Shown piece by piece: positions 13,122 to 26,447 of a stretch of DNA of 64,000 nt. Each line of letters starts with the position of its first letter. The first letter of the stretch is position 1. Under the pieces are notes generated by a model. It ran no database searches, was not told the DNA's origin, and saw nothing but the letters and a program-made list of their open reading frames with translations. A program made the translations under genes and the position numbers. Source of the stretch: Oopsacas minuta (Eukaryota > Animalia > Porifera); the NCBI GenBank assembly GCA_024704765.1, contig JAKMXF010000011.1, positions 62,001 to 126,000 on the forward strand. Direction: 5' to 3'.

Positions 13122-15226
13122 GTACTTCCTCCTAACAGTCGGAACTTGAGCTAACCATACTTCTCTGAACAGAACTATAGAAGAGAAAGATATTGGCCAA
13201 TCCACTAAGCAACCTAAGCTTTGTGAATTTTATGATGACGAACACGATTCTATTCGGGATTCTCAATTCACAGAAACCCAAAAGGATAGATCTATGGTTG
13301 ATGTACTCTTTGATACGATTATTAGTAATCAAATCAATCTGACTGTAAATTTGTTAAATTTTACCATTTATATGCGTGTTAGGATTGTCAGTAGCCTTGG
13401 CTTAGATATTCTAATAATAGCAACCCGAAAACTTGTTAAGCAATCATTTGGTTAGTTGTTGAAAATACGACTACCAATTCCTTGAAACCAACTAATTGCT
13501 ACTCTTGATCCAAATATCTCAATAGTACTAGTATTATGTGATGGAAATTGATTATTCAGAACATTACCCCACGTAATATTTATATCATATGCATTAAGTT
13601 ACAAAACAAACTTTAATATAGGCAAACTACACGAACTCGTTTTACAAAATTCGAACTGAAGATGCTTGACCAATATAGAAATTTTGAGATAATTAAACGA
13701 TAAGATAACAACATTAGGTTAAATTATATTATGAAAAATTTCTATAAAAAAAATGTATTAACTGAAATATCTGTATTTGAGAAATACCAAGTCAAAATAC
13801 AAAATACTGAAACTCCACACTTCCCACTTCACCAATTGCTCAAGTCAACAGCAATACTACATTAGCAAGATCCATTATCAGGTAATGCTCTATTTGTATA
13901 CAAAGTTCGTTCCATAACCTGTTCGATCATATAAATCCAGCAGCACTCACAGCCACTTTCAGAGGTATTTGAGCTTCTCCCCCTCCCCTAATTCCCAAAA
14001 GAGGTATGAAGAGAATAGGTGCAGCGGGGTTGCATTACAATTTCGTAAAATTCATTTGTAACTGGATATCCTCTCGGTAAGTACCTGGGCATTCACTACA
14101 TTTATTAGTTACATTTCGATACTTAACATTCTTACTTGAGTTCGAATGCATTATTATTATTCTTTTAAATTTAGAACCTGGAGGCGCTGAAGCATATAAG
14201 CTCGAACAAAAAAAATTAGTATAATCTTCTATTTGAGCTCAATATGCTTGTGCAAAATAGTATTTACCGTTATATTAGGTCCACATCATGAGGAAATACG
14301 CAAATTATTGAATAAGAGACAGGCACATCACACATATTTATAATTTGATTTATATATGTAGTAATGTATATTTACTCATACATTTAAATATTGCAAGATC
14401 ATCATATATTTAATTAATTTGATCTATTATATCAAACATTGACGCAAATGTAGTGCAATTTAAATCTACAAACTAGAGCAATTACAGCGTGAAGAAATTT
14501 AAGAAGGCGAACAAATAAATTGTTTATAACTAGAAGCACGCAGGCGCCGAGCTACCCAGATCTTAGAGTGAATTTATACACCCAAGGGCTGTGGGCCTGA
14601 GAGCGGATACTGAAGTGTTCGCAACTGCGTAGTTGCGAGCAAGCGAAGCATGCTTGTTTTACAAATTGATGATTTATCGGAAGGAAAGTTTTCATTTGTA
14701 GTCCTAGTTGAAGAGAAATATCTAAGAAAGAGGATCAAGGTCTACTATGATTTACAAATTTCGATGTTGAGATGAATATGTTTTACTAATGAAAGAATTT
14801 TCATTGGGAGGGAATCAGGGAGAATTTTTACAAGTCTTTTGATGATGGGGAAGGTTCTATTCGCCTAGCTATGGATGAACATATACATATTTATTAGCTC
14901 CTTGATTCCAAACACCGAATAACATCTTACAAGCTCGAAAATCGAGATTCGATAGTATACTTAAAGGGCAGAGGGCATATTTAGAGATTTTCAGAAAAAA
15001 CTACACATTTCTTCACAAATCAGTAGGAAGTCGATGTAGTTTCTTAAGCTATTAGGAACCAACGAAAGGTCTGGCGACTAGTATTCTGATAATCTAATCA
15101 AAGGTATATTCATCTTTCTCTCAATGTATAATCATACAAGATTTCAGAGGAAATGGATTGATATATAGACAGACATTTCAAAATTGGGTAAAATACTGAT
15201 TTAATGCATGTAAAATACAAACTTAC

Positions 15227-15456
15227 TTGATTATCCGTGTGTCTTTCGTAGCTGTGTGGAGTCTTGGTTGAACATATGTCCAATATCCCATATTTTTTGG
15301 CTCTTCCTGAACCCATTTTAATGATGCATTCGGATATTTTTCAAACTCTGTTATTAGCAGATCATATGGAAATGGAGCAATCTGTTCAACAACGATAATT
15401 GGAACCATTTCAGTTAGGCCCCGTTGTTCGCGTTCCTTTGTTAGCTCATAGTATAT
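15227..15456 (-). CDS. OGDH: 2-oxoglutarate dehydrogenase E1, next coding exon (230 bp, phase 0/2)
   Basis: Translates IYYELTKEREQRGLTEMVPIIVVEQIAPFPYDLLITEFEKYPNASLKWVQEEPKNMGYWTYVQPRLHTATKDTRII(K), matching 'VYYDL..R...EQ.APFP.D...W.QEEPKNMG.W.YV.PR'. Acceptor tttttcttttag|ATA and donor AA|gtaagt. Joins in frame to the 45033-45185 exon as CSGK-IYYEL. Confidence 0.96.
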
Positions 15457-16972
15457 CTAAAAGAAAAATTACATTTCATCTCTCACTCTTCATAAGCATA
15501 TACAAACGTCGCCTAATAGATGCAAGATGTAATAGGAAATTGAGTAATTTGGATCAGTGATAATGGTGTATATGAATATGAGTAAAAGTGGTCACTACAT
15601 TGTAGAAAGAGTACACGAATAACCTATTGAATGTGTTGAATAATTTTAGTACAAAACGTTTTGGACACTTAAGCAAAGAATTAAGCTGGGAGAAAAAATT
15701 TGACGAAAACCAACAGGAATACGATAAGTTGGTAGCTGTTGAATTGAGATAATAAACTATACTGTTAAAACGCAATTGATATGTATGTATATAATATATA
15801 TACATATTATTATGCCAAGAAATGATGAAGAAACTGGAGGGCCCATAGAGAAGATATTGGCAGACAGGGGTATTTTAGGCCTGGCTTGGACAAGTTCGAG
15901 CCTTGGACGAAAGTTCATACCTATGACGAAATTATGGGGTCATTGTGACCGTTTGGAATACTCGAAAAATAACATTTTTAAGCACTGCTAAGCCAATATA
16001 CATGATAAAAGTCTGAAATTTGTATCACAAGTGCCTCTCAATATGTTAAATGTCCTGACGTTATCACTTGGACCAAATTAAACCTCATCTTGAAATTATT
16101 ATGTTATCATGATTGCACGAAATATCCAAATTTTCCGAATTTCACTATTTTTGAGATTTTCAAGATGCTCGAGTCACCAAGTTCCCAGATTACAAAGCAA
16201 AACCACGTGACAGCTCCAGTATTACCACATAAGTCCATTAAATGGAATTTGGATGGGCCATGGGTAACAACAAATTTAAATTTCATCTAAAATTTACCTC
16301 AAGGCACGTAGTCCAAGTATATCCAGGCGCGTAGCCACCAAAACATTGACAAATTTAGATGTTTAGTACTCATGCTTAAACAAGGCGCAAAGCTCAATGG
16401 TACGTCCGCCCGTCCCGCAGTAACCTATCAAGCGAAGTGCGCTAGTATATAGTAATAATTGTGCAGAGACAATGATGATTTACTGGAATATTCGGGACTG
16501 TTATTAATTTCTTCAGTCTAAAATTAAACAAATCTTGAGATCACAAGTTAATAATTAAAAAAGGCAATTTGGTATGTAATTCTACGAATGCCATCATAGG
16601 GTTACTTATGCACCAGTGAACGGTTGTTTTCAGGTGCCCAAGTCCGGACTAAGGGTCTGGATTTCTACAGCAATCGATAAGAGTTTTCCAACGAAGTGGG
16701 ACATTTAACAACTAGACGTATCATACTACACTGGTGACAAGAGCCCTAAATATAGAGGTGATAACATCTGATGACAACAACATATCCTCACTCAACTTAT
16801 GAATCATCACAATTAATGTGTCGATAAATTGCTGATAATATCATATATCACTATATCTTCATGTATCAGTTGCATTTTTCACAATTTACATTCGAAAAGA
16901 ATGCCACTTAAGAAATTCATAATTCCCTGAAATGATTCTAGTGAAAGGTTTTGTTAGGTTATGGTAATACTA

Positions 16973-18299
16973 CGGGCGTTCAATAAGTAGTCGTTATCAC
17001 ATTGTAATTCTAAATTTTTTTAGTATAATTGTGCATTCAGTGATGGAGCTTCTCAAAGTATTCCCCTTCGTACTGTAAAACCAATTTGGGCCTTTTTATC
17101 CAATTGAAAAATACTTTTTTGTAGTCTTCGGTTGGTACACCTTTCATATACTGGAAAATCGCTGATCCTATCTGAGCTCGACTCTCGAATTTCCTGCCTG
17201 ATAGATGTTTCTTTAGCTTTGGAAAAACCCAAAAGTCACAGGGAGCTAGATCTGGCGAGTAGGGAGGGTGATCTAGTTCCACAATCTTCATAGCTTCTAA
17301 CTTTTCTCTAACCAGCTTTGTCTTGTGCGGTCGGGCGTTATCATGCAATATTCGCAATCCACGAGTTCCAGTCCTTGGCCGTCGATTTGGTAGAATTTTT
17401 CAACCTCTGTTACACACTCATTGGTGTAGAAGGAGCCTGTTATTGTTTGGTATTTGGCGACACAAATCTGGCACACTGGACCATTAGAATAAAAAAATAT
17501 ACAGCACATAACCTTCGGGTCCCGAGAGTCATGTTGAGGGATCATTGGTGGGTCCTGTCCTTTTGCCACCCATACTTTGTTTGCTTCTTTTATAAAGGCT
17601 CAGAATAACGTACCCAAGTTTCGTCACCTGTTACTATTTCAAATAACCTTCTGGAGTCAGCTCGATCAAACTCAGAAAGCAATTTAGTAGAGCATTGGAC
17701 CCTCTTTGCATTCTGGGCCTGAATTAGTAAATGCTGTACCCATCGAGCACATATCTTTCCGAATTTCATATTATCATGTACAATAGCTTGAACAGTTCTC
17801 ATTGAGATCCCAACCGCATCAACTATCTCCACAAGCGTGATATGAGGGCCTTCTTCAAGTAACGCGGATACCTCAAGGATATTTTGTCACTGGCGCTGGA
17901 AACTGTCTCCCTATTCTTGCCCCATCTTCAATGGACACTCTACCATCACGAAAGCGTCTAGCCCCATCAACAACAGTGGAATATGGGAGTGCTGTATCCT
18001 TATAAACTTCCTCTAAATCTTTGTGGACATCTGTTGGTGAAATTTTGAGCAGTGTTCTGATCTTCACATATACTCTCTGCTCAATTTTGAAATCTGTACT
18101 TTTTGAAGCCATTAAAAATGTTACTATAATAAACTGTCAAAATGTAAATAGGTACAATATTAGACGAGACATCAGAATCAGAACGCTTTGCATTATTGAA
18201 TTCACAAAGGATGGATAGTTATTAGAAAATTCAGTTTAATCTGGGTCGAAATATCCCGACTTACAAAATTCGGGATAACGACTACTTATTGAACGCTTG
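16973..18299 (-). mobile_element. Full-length degenerate mariner (DD34D), 1,327 bp
   Basis: TA|CGGGCGTTCAATAAGTAGTCGTTATC and its inverse ending ...GAACGCTTG|TA. Frameshifted transposase at 17037-18112 with IVTGDETWV, ILHDNARPH and HPPYSPDLAPCDFW; 34 residues counted between the second and third D. Confidence 0.96.
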
Positions 18300-18397
18300 T
18301 AGTAATTATAAAATTTGCATAAAATACGATTTGCTGATAGCCAGAGTCTACATTGCTTCACAGATAAACGACAAGTATTGGGAATATTTCTGATATA

Positions 18398-19755
18398 TAG
18401 GGTGAGCCGCGGGAAACCGGTTGAAACAAATTTTGTATAATTTCTAAACAAAAAAAGATTAGTCAATTTTGTAAAAAGTATATTAAGGTTTATAAAGTGA
18501 TATTTTAATTTTCATCTTGTAGAGTATCTATCTATTAATAATATGCTCGATCCAGTTCCCATTTAAAGATCTCACTTTTTTCAATCTCGTGAGGATATTT
18601 TCTGAGACTTTGTTCAGTGTTTCTGCCTTGATCCGTCTTATTGCCCAGCGAATGTTTCTCTTGAAGTCTTTGCTAGTCTCAGGGATAGGATTGGAGTAAA
18701 ACCTTGCTATTCAGGTATCCCCATAAATAAAAATCACATGGGTTTAGATCTGGGCTGTACGGTGGTCAAAAGAAATCACAGTTTCGTGAAATCAGCTGTT
18801 TGTCAAATTTCTCTCTAAGAAAGTCAATAACAACTTTAGCCATTGTAGGCGTGCGGTATCTTGTTGAAATGTTATACTACCAAGTTCCTTACGTCTTCTG
18901 AGAGTTGGAATGTAGTAGGACTTTAATATATCAAGATATCGGACACCATTCAGGGTCACTCTTGACCTTCATTATTTTCATAAAAACACGGACAATGATC
19001 CTCTTGGAGTCAACTGCACACCAGACAGTGACCTTTTCTTTTGTTAAAGGCTTACTATCAAGTAGATCTGGCTTTTCCTCACCTCAAATCCTCATGTTCT
19101 GTTTATTAACATATCCAGTAAGGTGAAAATGAGCCCCGTCACTCCAGTCAATATTCCCGATGCCAATTTCCTCCTTCTCAACCTTCGCTACGATAAGCTT
19201 TGCAAGAGTCAATCTCTTCTCTTTTTGGACAATAGATTGCTTCTGTAGGACCTGTATCATATATGAGAAGAGATTGAGATCATATTCAAGAATCCTCCTA
19301 ACTGTTGTCCTGGACAGTTCAAGTTCTCTTGAAAGCCTCCTTGATGAACGATGAAGTGAATCCGAAAGTTACCGCTTCAATTTTTCGATGTTATTGGGGG
19401 TCCTCATCGTCTGGCATGGTCCTGGCATAGCTGTATCAACTATAGTACGATTCTCCTCAAACCTCTTGACAATATTTTTGATGGTATCTGGTATAGGAGC
19501 AGTTCTAGAGTTATAGAATCTTCTAAATCTTCTCTGCGTTGTAACTATGGAACCATGATTTTTATAGTACCATTTTAAGACATTAGTCCTTCCTTCCAGT
19601 TTCAGCCTTGTCATAACTTCGTATTGATCTAATTGTTAATTAAACACAAAATAGCATTCTTCTTGCTAAAAAATGAAATGTTGACAATCGGAAAAGGACA
19701 TAAGTGGCTGAGTTATGATCATTCTATTTCAATCGATTTCCCGTGTCCCACCCTG
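18398..19755 (-). mobile_element. Degenerate rosa/DD41D-like Tc1/mariner element, 1,358 bp
   Basis: TIRs tagggtgagccgcgggaaaccggttgaaac / cagggtgggacacgggaaatcgattgaaat, with TA on the left and TG on the right. N-terminus ...SIVTTQRRFRRFYN..., then GAHFHLTGYVNKQNMRI and FQQD...LISRNCDFF*PPYSPDLNPCDFYLWGYL. Spacing is about 41, but a frameshift falls in this segment. Confidence 0.88.
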
Positions 19756-19988
19756 TGTATTCTTTAATTTATACATTAAAACACAATCGATATCGCATGT
19801 ATAACCACGGTGTATGAAAAAATGTTTATATCTTTGCGTGACCAGAATTGTTCGAATATGCTGGAAGACGAGGCGGGATTATATTTGAAATTATGGAGGT
19901 GACTGGGAAAATTAGAGTAATGGACGAAAGTACACTACTATGACGAAATATGGAGTAACTGTAAATTTCAAAATTCAAAATCACATTA

Positions 19989-22278
19989 CACAGGTCAACA
20001 AAATTTAACTTCATTTTCTCACTAAGTATTAGATTGACATTTCTAAGCTAGTTTTTTAAGCTGAATTCAAATCTGCTTTCAGATTCTTTCCAGCACGTCC
20101 AGTTTTTTCCCATCTACAAGTCAACGATTTTTATGTATTTCTTAAATTTTTCCTGTTATTTTATGGTACTGGCTGTCTTTTTGTCTTCTTACATGATACC
20201 CATCTGAAATAAATTAACGTTTCGATGTTTTAGATTAATGCCAAGATAATATCAATTATTATTCTAGCTCTTACATATAATTATTCACATTCATGCATGT
20301 ATCAACTACTCAAAAACTAAGGGGAAATACATATCCATCTAGAAGTATAAAGGTAGCTAACTAAATTAAAAGTGTTGAGAGTATGACTTCCTTTTATATA
20401 TCTTGTTGGGATTATCTCTGAAGAGCCTCCAACAGTAATCGGACATCATGCCCTCATTCCAGAAACCTTGGTATCGGGTTTCCATCTCCTGTATGTCTTG
20501 GTGGAATCTCTCACCCTGTTCATCACTTACAGCACCAAGGTTCTCAGGGAAAAAATCAAGGTGAGAGTGCAAGAAGTGAAGTTTTAGCGACATGCGACAA
20601 CCCATCTTCTCGTATGCGTTAAGCAAGGTTTCCACTCCTTCTCTGTAGTTGGACGACTTCTTGTTGCCCAAAAAGTTTTCACAAACCCATTTGAAAGAAT
20701 TCCAAGCACTCATTTCTAATTCGGATAATGTCTTCTCGAAATCTGGATCTTTGAATACTTGTCTGATTTTTGGTCCTACAAATACTCCCTCTTTTAACTT
20801 TGCCTCGCTTAGTTTCGGAAATTTGCCTACCAAATGCAGACATCCTGCTGAATTTGTTTTGCCCATTGTTTTAACGAATGTTTTCATTAATCCAAGTTTA
20901 ATATGAAGTGGGGGTAAGAAAACTTTGTTTGGATCTACCAATAGCGAATGCTGTAAATTGGTTTTCCCCACTTCATAGGTTCTCTTCGGCCAATCACATT
21001 TTTTATAATGTTCGCCAGTTGCTCGGCTGTCCCATAGACATAGGAAACAACAATACTTTGTAAAACCTTGTTGCAAGCCCATCAATAGCCCGATTATCTT
21101 AAGATCACCGCAGATATTCCATATATGTGTGCTATACTGTATTGCCTCCAAAACTTCCTGCAAATTGACGAAGGTCTCTTTGAGATAGACGGAGTGAGCA
21201 ATTGGAACGCCAGGCTTTAGATCTCCGTTATGCAACAGAACAGCTTTCAAACTGCGTTTTGACGAGTCGATGAAAAGGCGCCAATCGGAGGAAGAATGTT
21301 CTTGTAATAGGTTTGCATAGAGTCCTTCGATATCATTACAATAGCACAGTGGACTATCAGTGGTGTAGTATTGAGCGAGATCGAAATTTCGCTTGCGATA
21401 GTGGGATACTAGGACATCTTTGTCGAGTAGGTTTTTCTGTTTGAGCCTGGATGCAAGGAGTTCAGCTTTGTCTTTAGATAAATCTAGATCCCTGACCAGG
21501 TCATTCAATTCTCCCTGTGTAAATGTTTGTGGCTCTAGTAATTCATCTTCCGGGACATAATTAGCATCTGTAGAATCTGCATGAACATCTTTCACCATAT
21601 CAGACCCGATTATAATTTGCTGTGGCTTGGGAATTGGGATTGGAATGAGATGTCGCGTAGAATTGGCCTGCGAGCAGAATCCAAGTCTGGGTAAATAAGA
21701 GCGTGCTTATTCTTGGCTGAGAATCCTGTAATGTTGATAAGGCAAAAGTAACAATCATCAGGGTGATTTTTCTCTTCCCTCCAGACAATGGGTATTGCAA
21801 ATGGCATTGAAACTTTCCTTTTGTTCAACCAATCACGTAGTCCACTTGAACAAGAAGTACATATAACATGTGGTGCCCACGACTTGTCTTGGTCACCAAG
21901 TGGACATTCGAAGTACAATTTGTATGTGTTCTTTAATTGATTTGTGATTGGTCGTCATTGTGATTTTACGCAAAAAAGACCACAAACGTAACAGAAATTG
22001 TCGGGATGAGTTCTACAACTACGATGCATGTTTATAATTTGATTTGCTTGAATTCAAATAAGTAAAGTCATTTATATTCCAGATAATTGAATCAAAATAG
22101 GCATGCTCATATAGCAATTTAGTAACTAGGTAATACTATACTATTGACAAAATGGATATTGGATTTCAGAATAACTAGGCGTGCTAGAGAAATTCTGATT
22201 GCAGATTCGAGTTCAGCATTCAAAAGTATGCTAAGATAAATGTATGTGATCTCTGATGAGAAATCTTGTTGAGTTGTG
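19989..22278 (-). mobile_element. Full-length Chapaev3-like (CMC superfamily) DNA transposon, 2,290 bp
   Basis: TTA|CACAGGTCAACAAAATTT ... AAATCTTGTTGAGTTGTG|TTA: CAC/GTG termini, TIRs matching at 15/18, and an identical 3-bp TTA TSD. CAC termini with a TWA TSD are what I recall for Chapaev3. Confidence 0.85.
20366..22029 (-). pseudogene. Near-intact Chapaev3-like transposase (one stop, one frameshift)
   Basis: MHRSCRTHPDNFCYVCG...(TGA)...GDQDKSWAPHVICTSC...VWREEKNHPDDCYFC, then a frameshift near 21600 into the 410-aa ORF with RLFIDSSKRSLKAVLLHNG, ICGDLK, CFLCLWDSR, PPLHIKLGL and SDEQGERFHQDI. Confidence 0.9.
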
Positions 22279-22589
22279 TTATCGAACACTGCTCAGCCAT
22301 TATAATTGATAAAATTTATCATATAGAAACCTCAATATTACCAATTTGTGAACATCATGATTACAACTAAATGTAATATCACCATGGAATCGTCAGGTTT
22401 TGATGAATGTACAATAATCCAATTATAGGATTTCGAAATTTGGAAAAGTTATGGAACACTAAGTTCCGAGATTGATAATAAGCCAAACAAGAGTAGAGCT
22501 AGTGTCACTCCCGAAACCATTTAATACAAATATAAGACTAAGAGAAAATGGCTCAGCTATTATTTAACCTCGAGGCACATAGTGTATAG

Positions 22590-22941
22590 CAGGGGTGGGC
22601 ACAAAAGTTAGCTTCAGGCCGCCTGAAATTTGGAAGACTTGAGGATGTTTCTACTACCATGATTATATAAGAGTGTAATTGCAATTAAATATTTACTTGA
22701 ATTACAAAGCCGTTACAGAAAGGTAGGTAATTACTGATGAATAAAATATACTGATCCCAAGTCAATGAAGGCTACAGGTGTCAGAAAAACACACCTTTAA
22801 CTTTCATTGACTTGAGATGGGTATGTTTTAAAAGGGTATGAATTTGGGCCGCATTCATGCCCTTTTCAAACGAACCACGAAGGCCACATAAATTAAGCGA
22901 GCGGGTTTCATGCCGCGCGGGCCGAACCTTGCCCACATGTG
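22590..22941. mobile_element. 352-bp hAT (Buster/Charlie-type) MITE
   Basis: Perfect 8-bp TSD GTGTATAG at 22582-22589 and 22942-22949, with a central TA. Ends are CAGGGGTGGGCA / TGCCCACATGTG. Confidence 0.85.
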
Positions 22942-25900
22942 GTGTATAGTATTTCCCGCAGGGGAGCAAACAAAGTATTAAGAAGCTAGCGAATGGAACC
23001 TAAGCTCTCTCCGTGGAATGATGTGTGAATTATATGGCCGCAGAGACCTAGAAATCAAAATAAGCTGATCATATTTCTATGTTAGGATGTCTAGAATTGA
23101 TTGATAAAGAATAATCCACTGGGGCTGACAGTTGGAATAATGGGAAACCTTTGGCCTGGCTCGGAGAGGAATAAATTTGAATAAATTTTAACATTTTTGG
23201 ATTTGCAAAACAAAATTATTCAACGGGGCTTAACCAACATGCTAGATAGATGGTTGATATTTGAATCATAGAGGCCATACATAGTGATTTATAACTTGAT
23301 GTTACACTAAATGGTATACAAATCATGAAGTTATGGTGCCATCATGTTTGCACAAAATTGAAAATTCCCAAATTTCGAAATTTCTGCTTAGTCCTGGGGC
23401 GTTCAGAAAAATAGGGAACATGCGCTTTAATTTGTATATGATAAATTTGAAATACGAACTTCTCAATGGTTCAAGGTGTTTGGCTCGAAACGACAAAAAG
23501 TGAACTTAATGTTAAATATGGCTCATATTTCTGATAAAATTTAGAAATATTTTGACAGAAAGAAATAAAGTAATTGAAAAATTATAATACAAGTATTTAC
23601 ATCAGTTTGACCAACAATCATGCAATTCCTCTGTTATCAAACGTGTACCCTAGTCTATGGTGTTATTTCAAAATGATAAATAAACTCTACCATCAGAACA
23701 CTACTCGCAGATTCCATTACAGTATCTTTCGTGAAATATTTATAGCAGGAAAAATTTAAGTTTTAAGAAAAGTTGACTTTTGCACTTCGGTGAAATGAGT
23801 CGGAGACTTTCCTTGCTCTTATGATAAATACTATTACATCCAATGTATATGATGTTTGTAATTTGTCAATCGGATATTGCTTTTAGCATTATCTAGCTCC
23901 AGAAGAAGCAATTTATTAAAATCTTCATGTAAATTCCCATTCTAGTTGAACGAAACAACAGTATAATTTTCAGATTTTCGAGATTTTGGAGGCCGCTGGT
24001 ACTTACAATAATTATATCGAAAAAATGTGGTGTAAAATATGTTTCAATATTATATTTTTAACTATAGTATATTTAGATATTTTCTAGCTGCATACAATGA
24101 TATTTAGATCATATTTGAGTGAACTGATAGCGTATTAAATATATTCACTTTAAGCAAGATTTAGCTTTTATAAGTAATATACCAAATTGACTGAACCACA
24201 AGAAATATTATAAAACTGATATCTGGAATATTAAACGCAGTTATTCTCTATATATAAATGTTTGTATAGCAACAATTGATCGAAGAACCGGGAAGACCCC
24301 CAGGGCTGATTTTGGCATACAGGGGTATTTTACGACTGGCTCGGATAATTTCGAGTCTTGGATGAATATTCAAACCAATGACGAAATTATGATTCCATTG
24401 TAACCTTTTTAGATTTTCGAAATATCACATTTTGTACTACTGCTCAGCAAATATACATGATAGATGGTTGAGATTTGAATCATATGTATTCATAAGCCAC
24501 ACTTTCTGACGTCATGATTCTGATATTTGCTAACTCATCATGGAATTATCACGCCATTATGATTCTACAAAACTGTAAATATTCTAACTTTCAAATAATT
24601 TTAAAATTTCACAATACTCGAGATACAATGTGGCCAGTTCACTAACCTAAAGCTACTAACTGCTCCAGTGTTATCCCAGAAGGCCAATATATCGAAATGG
24701 ATGGTACCTGGATAATAAAAATTATAATTTCCGGAAAGAAGTATCTTTGAGGCAGGTAGTGCTGAGTATAATACTCGGCACCGTTGCTGCCCTAACCATA
24801 AATTTACTTATTTATCGTATAAGCTAACTTGATGCACTAAGCTATCACTCAGCTACATAGCAAGCGAAGCAAGCTAAAATACATACTCACTATATATAAT
24901 ATCTTACGCATTGGAATGCTATGACCGATCGCGTTACAAATATCACTTGTACGCAATTGATAATTTCTGTCATATTTGTGTAAAGAAGAAGAATTCTGGA
25001 CAAGTTGAAGTCTCTGCATTCCCAAGAATCAGGGAAAGAACAGTTACTGGATGTATGTAATTTAGATACCGAGGACGAAAGATCTCTCTGTTGGTATCCT
25101 CAGAAAATTTGCAAAGGTTCTTGTAGTTCTCAAAGACGATCTGGAAAAAGTGAGGGAGTTTGACGGCCACCAAAGATTGGTATCCTAGGAACCAATAAAA
25201 TGCGTCTCAATGGCGGTCATGAAAATATTAACTGTAGGTCAGTAAATGCATCATAGTACATACTGTCATCCATCAATACATCCAAAATTGAATTTTGAGA
25301 AAGGTGATCAATCACAAATTTCGACAAAGTCAGAGCAGAGTACAAGGATTGCACAGCCAGTGATAAATAGATGTCAGAGATGTTTGGCTGTTGCTATTGT
25401 TGGAAATCATTGCAATAGGTCTAGTGCTATTGAAAACGCTATACAAATGTTGGAAAATAGATATTTCATACGAGGTAAGTGACAGTTAAAATTTAAAGAT
25501 TTTATTATTGATCTATGCTGTAGAGTGTAGATCAACACTTGTTCCAGGTTGTTGAAAATGTATTAAGAAAAAGAGCGGTGAAACAAAAATCTGTCATTGA
25601 AGTGTTTACAAGTGAGAATATTAAAAGGGTGATAGGGTAGCCAGCTTTTCTCCAACAGCGGTTAGTACATCGGCTCTGATACTATTGGCCAAGAGCCTCA
25701 ATAGCTGACAAAAATTGCATATGATTTGCCAGTTTCTCAAATAACATTGAATAAAACTACCTTCCGCGCTGGAAACAATAGGTCCTCTAAAAAGTACTGC
25801 AGATTTTTAAGCGTCTGCTAATGTTGAACTGTAACAAAAAGTAAACAGCAGTATGTTAATTATGAAGATAGGTATTTATTTTATATATATTATAGCAGTC

Positions 25901-26447
25901 AGAACCTGATTTTTAAATATTCCTCCCTTAAGGTACCTCATCAGACTAGAATTAGGTGACAAATATAGTGTGCTGTACTGACTTACCGAGACTTTTGAGA
26001 CGTGCGGAAGAGTTGAGAGGCATTAATCCAGGCTTGCTTCGTTGAGGATGTGACCATGGACAGGGGTTGTTGAAAGTTGTATTACTACCAGCATATAGAA
26101 TTGATATATTTGACTCCGCTGTTTCATCGTAGCAGTATGTGAAGCAGCAGAAACTCGTATAAATCATAGTAAGATATTCTCCTACTATGAGTAGTTACTT
26201 TAATTTGTTGTATGCGATGAATTAGCCCAACTTCTAAAAGAGATCTTACTCGGGCGTATTTCGCCTCGAGGCGAATTTGTGATATTAGTCCACAATCCTC
26301 GATTAAGCCACATTGAAAAATATTGTAGAGGGTTGTCTAATGAGGTCTTGGTACTCATTTATGTATGATTCAAATTCGTTTCTCATAGCTATTATAATAG
26401 TTACATTAATAGGAATATATGAACAATTAATCTCAATTCTACATGTA

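Noticed and set aside
13150-13460. ~100-codon stop-free plus frame (NHTSLNRTIEEKD...KLCEFYDDEHDS...)
   Set aside because: No motif, splice signals or family recognised, so it cannot be supported as a gene.
1-15226. Search for the final OGDH exon (expected phase-2 start, then Y-x-G-R...PATG)
   Set aside because: No convincing minus-strand match by eye; for example the candidate near 11460 reads YAGFDYN. It probably lies left of the window, though a missed small exon cannot be excluded.
25952-26167. 71-aa minus-strand ORF with a G|GTAAGT donor-like site, as a possible extra or alternative exon
   Set aside because: No recognisable protein similarity in any frame, and the flanking OGDH exons already join without a gap.
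26260-26275. 16-bp perfect palindrome TTCGCCTCGAGGCGAA
   Set aside because: An 8-bp stem is within chance expectation for 64 kb, and there is no associated terminus or repeat.
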